Assembly (NCBI GenBank): GCA_051530055.1
Contig: CM121342.1
Coordinates: 9,749,480 to 9,813,479, forward strand
DNA length: 64,000 nt
Reading direction: 5' to 3'
Source: Neoechinorhynchus agilis
Taxonomy: Eukaryota; Animalia; Acanthocephala
The first letter of the stretch is position 1, and the number at the start of each line of letters is the position of its first letter. A program made the translations under genes and the position numbers. Shown piece by piece: positions 49,001 through 64,000 of this stretch. Below the pieces are notes generated by a model that saw nothing but the letters and a program-made list of their open reading frames with translations, had not been told where the DNA came from and searched no databases.

Positions 49001-50560
49001 TATTTTTGTGGAAATAAATAACAAGAAATGCGAAACGGTTTAAAAGTTCGCTCGATTCGAATTTTAGCATGGAATTTTCATAATCTGAAAAAAGAAGAAG
49101 CTGCTTTTCGACTTGAAAGCTTCGTTGGAAATTTTGAGTTTTGAAATTTTCGTAAAAATAACAAGAAATGAGAAACGGTTTAAAGGTTCGCTCGATACGC
49201 ATTTTTGCATGGAATTTTGATAAAATGAAAAAGATTCAGAAGCTGTTTTTCGACTTGAAAGCTTCGTTGGAAATTTCTGAAGTTTTGGAAATTTGTGTGA
49301 AAATAAATAACACGAAATGAGAAATGGTTTAAAGGTTCGCTCGAGCCACATTTTTGCATCGAATCTTCATAATCTAAAAAAAGATTCAGAAGCTCTTTTC
49401 CGGTTTGAAAACCTTCGGTGGAAATTTTAGCAGTTTTGGAAATTTGTGTGAAAATAAATAACAAGAAATGCGAAACGGTTTAAAAGTTCGCTCGATTCGA
49501 ATTTTAGCATGGAATGTTTATAATCTGAAAAAAGATTAAGAAGCTGCTTTTCGACTTGAAAACTTCGTTGGAAATTTCTGCAGTTTTGGGTATTTGTGTG
49601 AAAATAAATAACAAAAAATGCGAAACGATTTAAAGGTTCGCTCGAGCCCTATTTTAGCATGGAATTTTGATAAAATGAAAAAGATTCAGAAGCTGTTTTT
49701 CGACTTGAAAGCTTCGTTGGAAATTTCTGAAGTTTTGGAAATTTGTTTGAAAATAAATAACACGAAGTGAGAAACTGTTTAAAGGTTCGCTCGAGCCACA
49801 TTTTAGCATCGAATCTTCATAATCTAAAAAATGATTCAGAAGCTCTTTTTCGACTTGAAAGCTTCCTTGGAAATTTCGACAGTTTTGGAAATTTGTGTGA
49901 AATAAATAACAAGAAATGAGAAACGATTTAAAGGTTCGCTCGAACCGGATTTTGGCTTCGAATTTTCATAATCTGAACAAGATTCAGAAGCTGTTTTTCG
50001 GTTTTAATACCTTCGGTGGAAATTTCTGCAGTTTTTATATTTTAGTGGAAATAAATAACAAGAAATGAGAAACGGTTTAAAGGTTCGCTCGAACCGAATT
50101 TTAGAATGGAATTTTGATAACCTGAAAAAGGATTCAGAAGCTGTTTTTCGACATGAAATCTACGTTGGAAATTTCGGTAGTTTTGGAAATTTGTGTGAAA
50201 ATTAATAACACGAAATGAGAAACGATTTAAAGGTTCGCTCGATCCGCATTTTAGCATGGAATTTTCATAATCTGAAAAAAGATTAAGAAGCTGTTTTGAA
50301 ATTTCTGGATTTTTGGAAATTTGAGTTAATTAACAAGAAATGAGAAACGGTTTAAAGGTTTGCTCGAACCGCATTTTAGCATGGAATTTTCATATTTTGA
50401 AAAAAAGATTCAGATGCTCTTTTTGGGCTTAAAACTTTGTTTAAATTTCCGTAGTTTTTGATATTTGTGGGAAAATTAACAACAGGAACTGAAAAAGGGT
50501 TTTAAAGTTTGCTTGAGCCGGTTTTCACACGGAATTTTCGAATCTGAAAAAATTAAGAGG
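46060..50560. repeat. Tandem satellite, about 150-bp unit, about 30 copies, with higher-order structure
   Basis: TTCGCTCGAT at 46230, 46380 and 46530. Diagnostic monomer variants recur 1071-1072 bp apart. Confidence 0.95.
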
Positions 50561-51699
50561 TTCGCTGAAATATTCTTCAATATTTGATTTTTTGAGGTTC
50601 GCTTGCTCGGCTTTAAACATTGTTTCTCGAATCTTTAAATATTTAAAGGCGGAAAATAAAGATGTGCAATTCAGAAATGGTTTTTAATTTCACTTGAGCC
50701 GCTTTTAGTTTGAGATTTTACAATCCAAAAAATTTAGAAGCTGTTACTTTATTATAAAACTTTCGGTGAAATTTCCGCAGTTTTAGATATTGTTGCGAAA
50801 TTGATGATCAGGGACGGAGGAACTATTTTGAAGGTTGGCTTGTTCCTCTTTTAACTTGGAATTTTAGAACCTGAAAAGGCTTTCTTCTTCTTTTTCTCAG
50901 TGCAAAGATTTAAATTCCTTACTTTTACATTTTAAAGATGTTTCAAACGCTCTTACACGTTGAAATTTTTACTACAGCTGGAACCCGACGATGTTCGAAA
51001 TATCTTTAATTAAAAATTGTCTACCGGGTGAAGACCTAAATAACACTTTGATCATAATTTTATTAATGGCTATATTTCAAAGCCTGAATTCTCTGTTTAT
51101 AAATGAAAATTCTATTTCTGACCAATAAACAAAACATTTTTTCCACATAATGATTTTCCCCAGATTGATATTTGTTTCTTGTGCTGGAGTTACACAATCC
51201 CCTAGAGTGCAGATAACAGTTATTCCAATGCCATCAGTGTTTATAATATTTCCACCATAAATTGGATTTATAATTATTTTAATCTATCCAAGTTAAGGCT
51301 ATAATAGCTACTAAAGCAGATTTAATAGTATAATTAGTGAAATCATCAATGAACTGCTCTTTTGACTCTGAACGATTTTATGAGAATTTTGGGGATTTAT
51401 GTTTGCAATATTGTGCTCTATTAAAAATTTAAATATCTGGATAAATCATGTGATTCGCATTTTATAGCTTAATCCTTTCGTTAAGAAACCACTTGAATGT
51501 GACTTTCTAAATTATAAAATTTATGATTCTCAACATAGTGGCTTGTAAATTCTATTTTCGTTTTTAGTTCAAAATCTCCATTGTGGATCGTGTTTGTGCC
51601 CACATTTAGAAACTCTCGTGGTCATGACAACGCTGGAAATCATTTAATCGTGATTGAATTATAAAAACGTGATGTCCAAAAAATACTCAAGCGCAATTT

Positions 51700-52020
51700 G
51701 CGATATTTACGTCCGGGAGCACCTTGTGACTTATGGTTGTTTTCAGACTCGTTTGGAATTTATGTGCCGCAACGAACCGAAAGTCGAGGATCTTTGTAGA
51801 AAAATCGAATCAGTGCTCCATGTTCCTCAAGAAGAACAAGCCATTTTTTAAATTGGTCGTCTCTGGGTTAAAGGAAACGATCGATGATGTACGAAAATAG
51901 ACGTTTAGATTATGATATGAATTCAAGATTAAGTGATCTTCAAATACCTAATCAATGTGAGATTGTTTTGAGAAGAAAAGTTATGTATGAGCCTCTCAGT
52001 GATGATTCCAAAAGCGACTG
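51700..52020 (+). CDS. Possible small ubiquitin-like-domain gene or pseudogene
   Basis: KVEDLCRKIESVLHVPQEEQAIF plus a downstream block DMNSRLSDLQIPNQCEIVLRRK resemble the two halves of a beta-grasp fold. The frame connection is unresolved. Confidence 0.35.
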
Positions 52021-52365
52021 ATATCAAAACTTTAATAAATCCTAATTAGGTAAACGTTTTATTCGGGTCGCATCTTTTAAATATTGATTTGTATATTTTT
52101 ACGTAATACGTAAACAAACATAGGATATATCATTAAAATCCTTATATGAATTAGTCATTTAAATTTTTTAAAGCTGCGACCATCTTACCGTGTTTAAGCT
52201 CTCTTTGTAACCTTACTACATTTGCAATTAAAAATCCATCTTCCAAAATCGAGTAGATTCATGTACAATTTTTGGATTGGAACTTCAAAAAAATTTGTGA
52301 TGATATACTGCAATATTTCTTTTGAATTCTGGTCAGTCGGGAAATTTTATTCTTTGTTTCAAGTC

Positions 52366-52482
52366 TGGCCTTTTTCTACGGCTGATAATTTTTCATTCGG
52401 CACAACGCCAACCAATCTTATCGAGAGAAAGATCGATGGGCTGTGCTACCAAGGAAAAATTATCAGCCGTGGAAAAAGGCCA
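52366..52482. repeat. Inverted repeat built from two opposite pieces of the retrozyme 3' body
   Basis: 29-bp arms at 52366-52394 and 52454-52482, 1 mismatch, 59-nt loop. Confidence 0.8.
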
Positions 52483-55400
52483 CAATTAAAACAAAGAATA
52501 CTGCAATATATTGATTAAACTTCTTAGCTATTACATTATTTAGCTCCAATGAAGTTGGAATTACTATCTAGTAGTGTGATTGTCCAATTTTTAATAAAAA
52601 AAATAAAACCATGAATACTCGAACAGGTTTTTAAAAGAAGCTTATTTTCTTTTGGACGCCATGATTTCAAGTTTCTTTATTTCCCTGTTCCTGAAATTTA
52701 ATAAGGTCTGAAGCTCCGCCGCCTTATATATTATAATCAAGCACGATTTTTAATCACTGATCACCGTGCTAAATATTGCCATCCATATAAACGAGTCTGA
52801 GCATTTTTTAGCAATTGTTTAAGATCTTTGCTTTAAAGAAATTTCATTCTAACGCTTCCACGAAATTTTTTTTAAATATGTTCTATAGATCAGTGTGGTC
52901 GAAATCATTTCGTAAAAAGAATTCTTAAATAAATTACCAATCATTTAACCATTTCCATGACCTTTAATGCGATTGTTTTAAGGTGTTCATACTTGTTGGC
53001 ATTTTGTTTTTAGCTTCAAGCATTTCACAGGATCATATCCGTGTTATTGCTTCCATTCAGCCGTTAATGGGCGTGGCTGTACAGACTGAAGTCATCCGAT
53101 TAATTAGAAAAAACGATTGGAAGAAATATTTTTTATTCAAAATGCGCTTGATTTATTTTATATTTTCGAGAAATACAAGCGATTCGGCTCGAAATATCTT
53201 CGTTATATTGTTAAAGAATTAGATGTCAACAACTTGAAGTAATTTCCAGTAAATGCAAGGTATTTTTCGAAATTTTGACCTAAATGTTCAACCAAAAATT
53301 ATCGAGACTTATTCATGAGGCTAAAAAGTGAGTTGATACGACCTTTGAATTCACCGCCGCCTTCCCACCCGTTTTATGATGCTAATTTTGAGAACACTAA
53401 TCGCCTGATTTTGATTGATGATGGCTTTAATCACAGTTCTAATAGAAACGCACAATTGTAATTCTTGGAATGAATCTATGCTGGGTGACCATTTCGAGTT
53501 GAAGGCAGATAAAGATTTCATTTGAAATAAGTTTATGATTGATTGTGGAACATTTTGCTAATCATTGAAAGAGACAACTCACTGATTAAAATAGCGGTTT
53601 GAGCATTTTTATCGAATTCAGTGATATATTGGGAAGTCCCTCTGGTGCAATTTCCTTATCTCCACATAAAAGATCTGCGTTTTTGCCGACAAACGGAGAA
53701 AACATACTTGATATGAACTTTAATTGATGTGTAATAAAGGTTAGACGTCGATCATTCCTTAACGACAACACAGTTTTTATCGTCATTTCATTCAGTTTCT
53801 CTTAAAGGGAACCTCTCTAGATTTCTTCTATCAGTTGACAACGTATGATACAAATTCGATGCTGATTTACACTAGCGACGGTCCGTTGATTGTGTCTCAC
53901 AAAGATTTACGAACTGACATTTGGCGCAGACAGATCCGTTCTTGCGTTCGTATCACTCGATTTTTTTTATTACAAAATACAATACTACGTTTTTTTTCTC
54001 GGCTTTAAATGGTGAGTATTTGAAAAATATCCAATCTGTGTTTAAAATAAATATTTACATGATTATTTTTAATTATGACAATCCTTCGGGATGCATTCTA
54101 CCACACGACTAAATAACATCAATTATAGCGACTGGATTATTGAGAAATTCGAGCGGCAACATGCCTGGGTTCGATTGAAATCTGGGAACAACAAAGAAAT
54201 CTCGTATTAGCCGCAATAGTAATTGGCTGGCAAAACATTCGATACAATACGCATATGGCCTTTAGTGAGTGAAAGGATTAATTAATTAAAAATTATCCTC
54301 ATTTTGATCTTAATGAACATACTTGCGCTTTTTTTTATTAATTCAAGCTGAATGTTTAAATTTGGTTGAAAGACATTTTTTTAGATATTAATGACTTGCA
54401 AATAAAATCATGTCTGCACTAATTTTTTATATTGCAGAGTTTTATTCAAAGTCGATAAAGCACTAAACAAACAAACCAATGGTATCAAATTATTATCTTT
54501 GTAACCGTGCGGATATTCGTGTGGCTTACCAAAAAGTAATACCATCGAAAACCACTTGACATTCGCATTTGATCCCAGCAAGCGCTTTAATACTTAGACT
54601 ATGAAACTAAAAACCTTGTTTCGAGAAACATAATCGCACTCACTGTGAACAAGGCTAATGCATGGATTTAATATTGCTGTCAGAATCGCTTACATAACGC
54701 GAATAGATTATGTACACTACGAATCCACCACCACCACCCCCGCCGCCGCCGCAACTATTGCTGCATTCTGATTGGCTTACTTCTTGGCAACTTATTCCTG
54801 TGAGACGGCGTTTAGAGGTAGAATGCCGCTGAGAATAACGAGATAAGAGCGCGTGCACTATAGCCGACTAGCGAAAATGCTGTAGAAGAACTTCCTGGTT
54901 CCGGAAATCAGATAACATATAAACTCTCGTTCTCCCGCGACTTGACATCTATCCCATCAAGAAGGTTAGCTTCTGGTATTTCACACTTTTAAGGACTCGT
55001 TCTAACGCACTCCCATTCGGTCAAACTGAGCCAATGACCTTTCTCTTTAATAAAATCAACGAAATGCGGACACAAATTTTGAAGAATGAGAATTATTAAA
55101 AAAATTTCATGTGCTCACTATATTTATTTTTGGGATTATATAGCCAGTAGGGAAACTTAAAAGAAATTTAAAAATATTATTTATTTAAATAAACAGTAAA
55201 TAAGCGAATTTTATAATAAAAATTCTTTCTTCATTTCTCTAAGAAAAAGGATAATTTTGAATGTAAAAAATTTTTTTGAGGCAAATAAAAAATATTTACT
55301 ATAAATCTTAATCCCATAGAAAGTGATGATTTCCAGTATGCCCTAATCAATGACTATCACTCCTTCTTTCTATAAACGACATTCTCTCTTTCCTCTCATA

Positions 55401-55948
55401 GACTGCGTTATGTTATTATTCCTGATTATTACTGTTTAGCCACAAATCCACCCTCCTCTGCAGCTTGACTGACCTTTTCTCCAAGAAGATGCATTCACCT
55501 AGCCTACTCGTAGGCTTGGAATCTGTCTATTCCTATCCTACGCATACAATCATTATTTTAAAGGTTACAGTGGCATTTAAACGAGGAAAACTTTTGAAAG
55601 AATTTAAATTCAATAAGACACACTTATAAAATGAACTGAAACCAAAAGCAAATAAGGCACAATTGCCACCATATTTCTTTATAGCTCTTTGGCTGACAGT
55701 TTCATCAGGTTCCAATTGTGACTGGCACCTTTTAACGTCAAGTGAAACATTAAAACGCTCTGTTTGCAAGGCAGTTGGAAAGTCTAGAACGCGTACGCTT
55801 TCCGTTTTCAGAAACACTAAAATCAAAGTTTACTTTGGTTCAAAATTTTGAAAGCTACCGCTTTGGAGATCACACTACGCGTGTACCCAGTATTTATATC
55901 ATCTGACTTTGTATATATAAATTCATTTCAGATTTTCCCCCTCTCCCC

Positions 55949-58011
<2,063 letters not shown>

Positions 58012-58458
58012 CGGACGGTGTGTGAACGTCGTTCTTGCATCGTTAAAGAAAGCTATGCTGTACAGTTGACATTAAAAGGAAATATCCTGGTATAATTTAA
58101 TTTTATGAAAAAATATTTTGTTTATAACATATTGGTCGCAATATAAATATAAAACAAAGTAGTACCATTTTTGCTTAAATGTAGCTTAAATTTGCAAGGA
58201 AGTATCCTTAAAATTGCAATGATGATGACTCTAAAATGTGCATTACCTTATTTTACAAGTTTGGAATCCGTAAAAAATAAGAGCAGTATATAACAGTCCT
58301 ACTTGAAGTTTGGACGCGATTCTTGGTCATTTCAAACCACCAATACTTTTTCACAAAAGAACTAAGAATTAATTATTTTTCTTCATTAAACACAACCACT
58401 TCGAAAATCGACCACAATGAGATTTACTGAACATCGATAATTTCTTATATTTACGCCA

Positions 58459-58791
58459 TCAATATTCAAATCGATCAAACTCATCCGGTATTCCATCACG
58501 TCTAAATCTGAGTCTATAATTCCGGCTCACAAGGTTGTGGATTGACGGTCGTTTGCCGAGCGACTGCCACCAAAAGGGCATTTGACGTCTAAAATCTCTT
58601 GGAATTAGATAGTATCGAGCATCATTTAGACCTTCGGAAATTCCACGTCCGTTGTACATCGTATAAACACAGTTACTTTCCTCCTGGTCATCTCGATCAT
58701 CGTGGAGGCATTCATATCTGGGTATAGGGACACCTTGGACGAGCATACAGGCGATGGCTGTTGAGAGAAAAAAAATTCGAATGATCTTCAT
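58459..58791 (-). CDS. Neuropeptide precursor, predicted product pQMPFWWQSL-amide
   Basis: Signal-peptide-like MKIIRIFFLSTAIACMLVQG, RR-QMPFWWQSL-G-KR, a second RR site, and an acidic Cys-containing pro-region. Confidence 0.7.
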   Translation of the reverse strand: MKIIRIFFLSTAIACMLVQGVPIPRYECLHDDRDDQEESNCVYTMYNGRGISEGLNDARYYLIPRDFRRQMPFWWQSLGKRPSIHNLVSRNYRLRFRRDGIPDEFDRFEY

Positions 58792-60569
58792 GAGTTCCAA
58801 AGCGAAAACGAGGAATGTTGATTTTCTCAACTCAAAAGCTGTGGTTAATATAGGAGTCTAACATTAAGGAAAAGGAAGGAACCAAGAAAAAATTGAATTA
58901 CACAATGACACATATGGAATGATGGAGATCTGATTTCAATAAAGTTAAGAACTATTCGGGTTTCTCTATCCGCCTACTTTTCCCAACGGAATCTTAAAAT
59001 AGGTGCGAGGAGTCCATTATACGTATCACCTCATGCAATTAATTTTGTGGGAGAATTTAAGTAGCAAGAGAAACCAAAGGCAAAAGTAAACCTGGCAACC
59101 GTGATGAAATTAGCCGATTTGTCAAATCCCACGCGTTCATCTAGCATAATTCCTCTTTTACGAAATCAAATGCGTTGCTTTAGAACCCAAATGTTGAGAT
59201 TTGATTTAAAATTGTTCTAAATAAAATTTGAAAAATATTTGGATGCAAAGTTATTGTCAAATGTCCGTTTTCAGATAGTTTCTAAGCTCGAAAACAAGTA
59301 ATATAACTAATGAAGAAAAACCAGTTGTTAAATTTCAAAGCTTTAATTCACTGTTACCTTTTTCGGATTTCTTTTGAGATCGCTGATTTAAAAAACAATC
59401 GTTCAAGAGAAGCATTTCCAAAGCTTAGAATAAATAAAGGCCATTAATACGAGATTATTTTTTAAATATAAAATATCACATGAATGGCACTTACTATTTC
59501 CACGTGAATTTGAAATTATAACCAAGTAAAATATGAACGACAATGAGAACTAAAGTTATTAAAATTTAATGTTGAATCGTGAGCAATTTTTTTAAGATCG
59601 CTCATCTAAACAAAAAATCGCTCCAAAACAAACGACAAAATTGCCTATTCCTAAGCTATTCTCCGTTTCGGATGACGAATTTTTTAGTTTATTAGCTTTT
59701 GTATCGAGTTTAATTTATAAGATAAACCTCGCGCTTCATTCAAAACGACCAAACAATAATGCCGTTAGACCAGAACAGAGAAAAGATCTTGCTTTAAATG
59801 TTTATATTCTATCAAGATTACTAGCGTGGGTTAAAGTCAACAAAAATCTCTGTTCCTTTACAATTTAATAAATATATAAATAAGAATCGAAAGGCCACGT
59901 TATTTTCTCATGCAACAATCTTTAACGTTTTCTACTTAAGAAAATGATAAATATTCTACCATTTTGCAATTATCAAACTTTTCGGATTTTATATTTTTAA
60001 TAATTAAAGCGATATCCTTGAAACGTCAACTTTAACTTGCCGAAGGCCCATAGAAAAACGCAAAGTTCATTTTTAAAAATTGTAATAAGCAAAGAGGACA
60101 AATAGTAAAATATTTTAACGGCGAGCGATTTCAAAATAACAATCTGAACTCGGTAAATCATTTTCGTATTATTTATTTGTCTTGTGTATAAATAATTATT
60201 TTGCGGCAGATCATTAATGCTCAATTTAATTTTAAATGTTTAATGTTTTTACTTCTAAAAACAGGAAAAGATAAGCGATATTACCGGTGATTTTGAAAAT
60301 TTATCCCGACGTCAAATTTCATTAATCCGCGGCGGCGATTACCTTTTTAAATGGTTTTGCCACTTGTCACTCGATTGACGCGGCTTATAGTAAATTCGAT
60401 ACGCAAAGCTGAATTTAAAATGGTTTGTGTTGACTTTGGGTAATGGGAACTGACTTGGTTGATTGAGTTTGCTTACCGAATCTGTCAATTACACCATCAG
60501 GATGCCGCTAAGCTTAATTCTCCTTCAATTCAAAATTCAATGAGATACATTTATGTTTTAGAGTCAGAA

Positions 60570-62902
60570 ATGAGTGAAGAGACTGCTTCTGAAACCAGCC
60601 GGTCTCATTCTGATCAACGAAAAGGACGTAGGAAATCCGAAGATGGCCAAATCGTTAGTGAAACTGGGTTCGATCCACTGTCAAAATTAGTGATTTATTC
60701 GTTAAATCCAAAAAATCGATTCATTCTCAAACTATACTGTCCTCGTCTTATCCAGAAATCATACGGTAATGAGAAAAGGTAATGCGAGTTGTTAACTGCA
60801 AATGTATTTTTAGCTTTCTCCTTAGATTTCTATGCCCTCCTCCGTGTATCAAGTTCGTTGGACCGAGATGGTCCAACTCTCAATTACAAAAATTTGTTGA
60901 AAAATCGAGAGATGGCAAAATGTTAGCAGATGATCTCATATTGCATGTAAATTTGAAAGGGGAAGCTCCCGTTACATTATCCTTAAAAAACGAGGTATTT
61001 TCCAGATTATGTATAATTAAAAATTTGAAAATCGTTCAAAAGATCTCGATGCTCATCTCAGGATTATTCACAACGGATTTGGAAAGAAGCAAGAAATCCA
61101 ATTTGGAAATAAGTATTCACCAATTCGGTGGATATCAGATGGCTCGAATTCTAAGCAGTGGCATAAACGTAGTCACAAAGCCGTCCAGAAGGCAACTTAT
61201 TCGTTTTCCCCGATACATGGGATCTTACCGGACGTCCAAATCTAATCACAGAACCTTCAATAATGATCCGCCCGATGATGATAATAACGAAGTTTCCACG
61301 CTATTCAACAGTCTGTGTCTCATGTCCGGCATGCAAGTTTGCATCTTCTGTCGCTCAAGGGCTCATGCTCTTCACACTCTGTTTCTCCACACGAATAAAA
61401 CAGGATGGAATGAAGATTCAATTATCGGTGTTACTGATAACAGCATCGAAGATCCTGCTTTGACCTGCAGTGCAACCCAGTGGACTCCTTTTCAAATCTT
61501 TAAAAAAGATCCCGATTATCCTGAGTCTAAAATCGATGAGACGGAATATGGTACTATTTGTGAAGATGTTGTTGTACCCGGTCCAATTACCGTAGGATCC
61601 AGTGTAATCATTCGAAATGAAAGTACTGGTATTTGCTCGCCTAGTATGGTTAGTTCTTTGAATTTAATCTTTCACGATATTCCGATTTTTACTTCGAAAT
61701 TGGGAATTAGTCGGTCTAGCATACTTTTAGATTATTATTTTTCGATGAATACAATTTTTGTATTCAGTGACTTCCATTGGACATAGAAAAATTTTCAAGA
61801 ATTCCTTTCTGACCTAAAGGCAAGGGGTTTCCATACCGGTTACTATTTTTAGAAATATTTCATTAACTATTCCTCTATTGACTATGTAGTCTTTGGCAAA
61901 ATGAGAAGAATAGAGATTGATTCGGACTTCATGTTGTTGTAAGTTTTCATATAATAAGATTTGAAAATGTGAAGAAGTCCGACGAGAAGGACGAAATATT
62001 GAGAATTCATAAATCAATCTCTATTCTTTAGCATTTGTTGTAAATTCACATTGGATTTCGAAATTACAATTAAGGTCTTTTAAAACGCCTATAATTCTTT
62101 GTAGATTGTAGAGAAAGTCGGTACGGACGCTCAATGTGAAGATGTGAAGATATTGGAAGAGAAAGGACTTAATATAGTATGTCAGCTCCATAAATACGCC
62201 CTTCGCTTAGAACAAGCAGATCATCCCTCTAATCTATTTCTCACTGCTCATAACAATGGTGAGCTCCAATTCGAAGAACCGAATGGTTTGGTTAGTTCTC
62301 TGATTTTCTTTTCCCGAGTCTTCAATTTCCTTACATTTAGGATAGATCCGTTAACTCAAACAAGAATTTTGGAATGGCGTTCCTTCAAACATGGTCCTTT
62401 GTAACTGTTGAAGAAATCAGTTTCTCGTGGGCTATAGATAATACGTTCGCTGGAATAGTGAACAACATTGTTCCTCGGGTTATTAGTGTTTGTGTAAGCG
62501 TTTTATCTTTTAAAATGAAAAGCGGTTAAACTTAACAAATATTTTTCGACGTAGACTTTAAGTATTTGTGAGGGTGAACATTTGGTTGAAGTAATTGGTG
62601 TTCATCTTTTGCCCATTCACATTGTATATTTTGGTTCATTGGCAGCTGTGACGACCTATAGAACATCGAGACAGCTACTTGCTATTGCGCCGATTAAGGA
62701 ACTTCATTTTGGCAATCGGTCGTGTACTGTTTCTAATTCAGATCAAAATAATCGATTGTATCGGTTTGAAAAGGGTAGATTGGTGAGTGCTTCTATTAGT
62801 ATACAGTATCCTAAAATTAAAAAATAGATAGTCCCGGTGAGCATAGCTAGACCCGATGGAGTCGCTTTTCCAACAGACATTGATTTTGTTTATGAGCTTT
62901 GA
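60570..62902 (+). CDS. Su(H): CSL transcription factor (Su(H)/RBPJ family), highly divergent, multi-exon; start uncertain
   Basis: QKSYGNEKR|FLCPPPCI, VVTKPSRR, LCLMSGMQVCIF, SATQWTPF, VCQLHKYAL, WSFVTVE, VYFGSLAAVTTYR and IARPDGVAFPTDIDFVY align in order to the NTD, BTD and CTD of CSL. Confidence 0.85.
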
Positions 62903-63294
62903 TGAATAAAAGAGCATCTGATATTGAATGAAGAGAGATAATCGGAGAGTGGCATGTTTTTTCAAATGATAAGACAAAAAGTTCTTGAATTATAAATGGT
63001 CATGGAAATTCAGCTATAGAATCGATACTCATTGAACTTAACTCCATAGGCCAAAGTTCGAAATTCGCGACATGAGACTATCTTTAAAGACCAAACATTT
63101 TTACAAATAAAATGGAATGGTCTGATTGTGTCATAGATGGGTACAGGATACGACGAATTGGTATGGCATCGATCGTGATTTTATGACCGATCATACTTAA
63201 AAGTAAATCAGTTGATATTATTAATTGAGAAATATCAAAATTTATTTGCGATTAATTAACCGATTCTTAATCCCATTTAAAATTCAGTCAGATG

Positions 63295-63392
63295 TGTGGC
63301 GAGTACGTCAGAGGTCCACCAATCGATATGCACGCATGGTGCATGGAGTACAACTAGAAAACAGAGCGCGTTGGTTTTTGTGTTGAACTACA
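63295..63392 (+). repeat. Putative 5' LTR, about 98 bp (TGTGG...CTACA)
   Basis: Ends 1 nt before the PBS. Only one copy is in the window, so the 5' edge is inferred. Confidence 0.55.
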
Positions 63393-63393
63393 T

Positions 63394-63407
63394 TGGTGAC
63401 CCCGACG
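63394..63407 (+). promoter_or_regulatory. Primer-binding site complementary to the tRNA-Trp 3' end
   Basis: TGGTGACCCCGACG is the reverse complement of CGUCGGGGUCACCA, the 3' end of animal tRNA-Trp. Confidence 0.8.
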
Positions 63408-64000
63408 CTTGTTAGCGAAGCAACAAGATATGCACAGTCAGGCATCGATTCAAGCGGTAAACATGAAATTGCCACCTTTTTGGATCGAACAATCCCGAGT
63501 GTGGTCCGTACAAGCTGAGGCTCAATTTGCACTGAGGGGCATTACGGCAGACGACGCCAAATTCTATTACGTCCTCGCAGCTCTGGATCAAAATACTGCC
63601 GGACGAGTAATAGATCTCCTGGAGACTCCGCCGCAACAAAAGAAGTACGACGCACTCAAAGACCGCTTACTCGATACATTTTCCTTGTCGGAATACGAGC
63701 GTGCCAGCCGAATTCTACACATGGAGGAACTAGGGGACGCTCAACCATCAGAACTCATGGACAAGATGTTAGGATACCTCGGGACAGGTGTTCATGGAGC
63801 GGCTACCTGAGGATATGCGCTCGGTACTTGTTCACTCCAAGATTACGGATCCCCGTAAACTTGCACAAGCAGCCGACGAATTGTTCAGGGCAAAGCGGTC
63901 CACCGCGGGATCGATTAAACAAAACACCGATTTTATATTCCCTGTCGAACAAACCAAAAAGGAGCAAACGGATATTTGCTTCTATCACCAACGGTACGGC

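Larger units (their letters stand above)
63295..64000 (+). mobile_element. Gypsy LTR retrotransposon, CsRN1-like, 5' end; gag frameshifted; runs off the window
   Basis: KLPPFW..QAEAQF..ITADDAKFYYV..YDALKDRL..LGDAQPSELM, then FMERLPEDMRSVL..LAQAADEL in another frame; tRNA-Trp PBS. Confidence 0.8.

Noticed and set aside
46131-50257. Repeated ORFs (MLKFESSELL...) in the ORF track
   Set aside because: They are translations of the 150-bp satellite (unit divisible by 3), with no protein features.
52980-54260. Possible small-exon gene
   Set aside because: Short open stretches with splice-like ends, but no recognisable protein and no consistent frame.

Overview
AT-rich eukaryotic DNA from a bilaterian animal with a compact genome (many 29-55 nt introns). 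The species cannot be named from the sequence. Host genes recognised: PTGES2, DAXX, vasa, a CNOT2-like gene, a titin-like I-set Ig muscle protein, SAM synthetase (MAT), an NR4A nuclear receptor, an amidated neuropeptide precursor and a very divergent Su(H)/CSL. Between them lie three unrelated satellites (about 110, 132 and 150 bp units), foldback/MITE-like elements, and a nested retroelement cluster at 13.1-20.6 kb (Mag-type Gypsy, a LINE RT remnant, CRE-clade fragments). A CsRN1-like Gypsy starts at the right end. The strongest signal is a dispersed and tandem 370-390 bp repeat with a tRNA-derived Pol III head. It carries all three strands of a hammerhead ribozyme in a non-circularly permuted order, supported by a compensatory change in stem III. 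The second is a short-LTR Gypsy element whose primer-binding site is a perfect 15-nt complement of its own LTR rather than of a tRNA, suggesting self-priming. All coordinates, periods and splice models were worked out by eye and may be off by a few bases.
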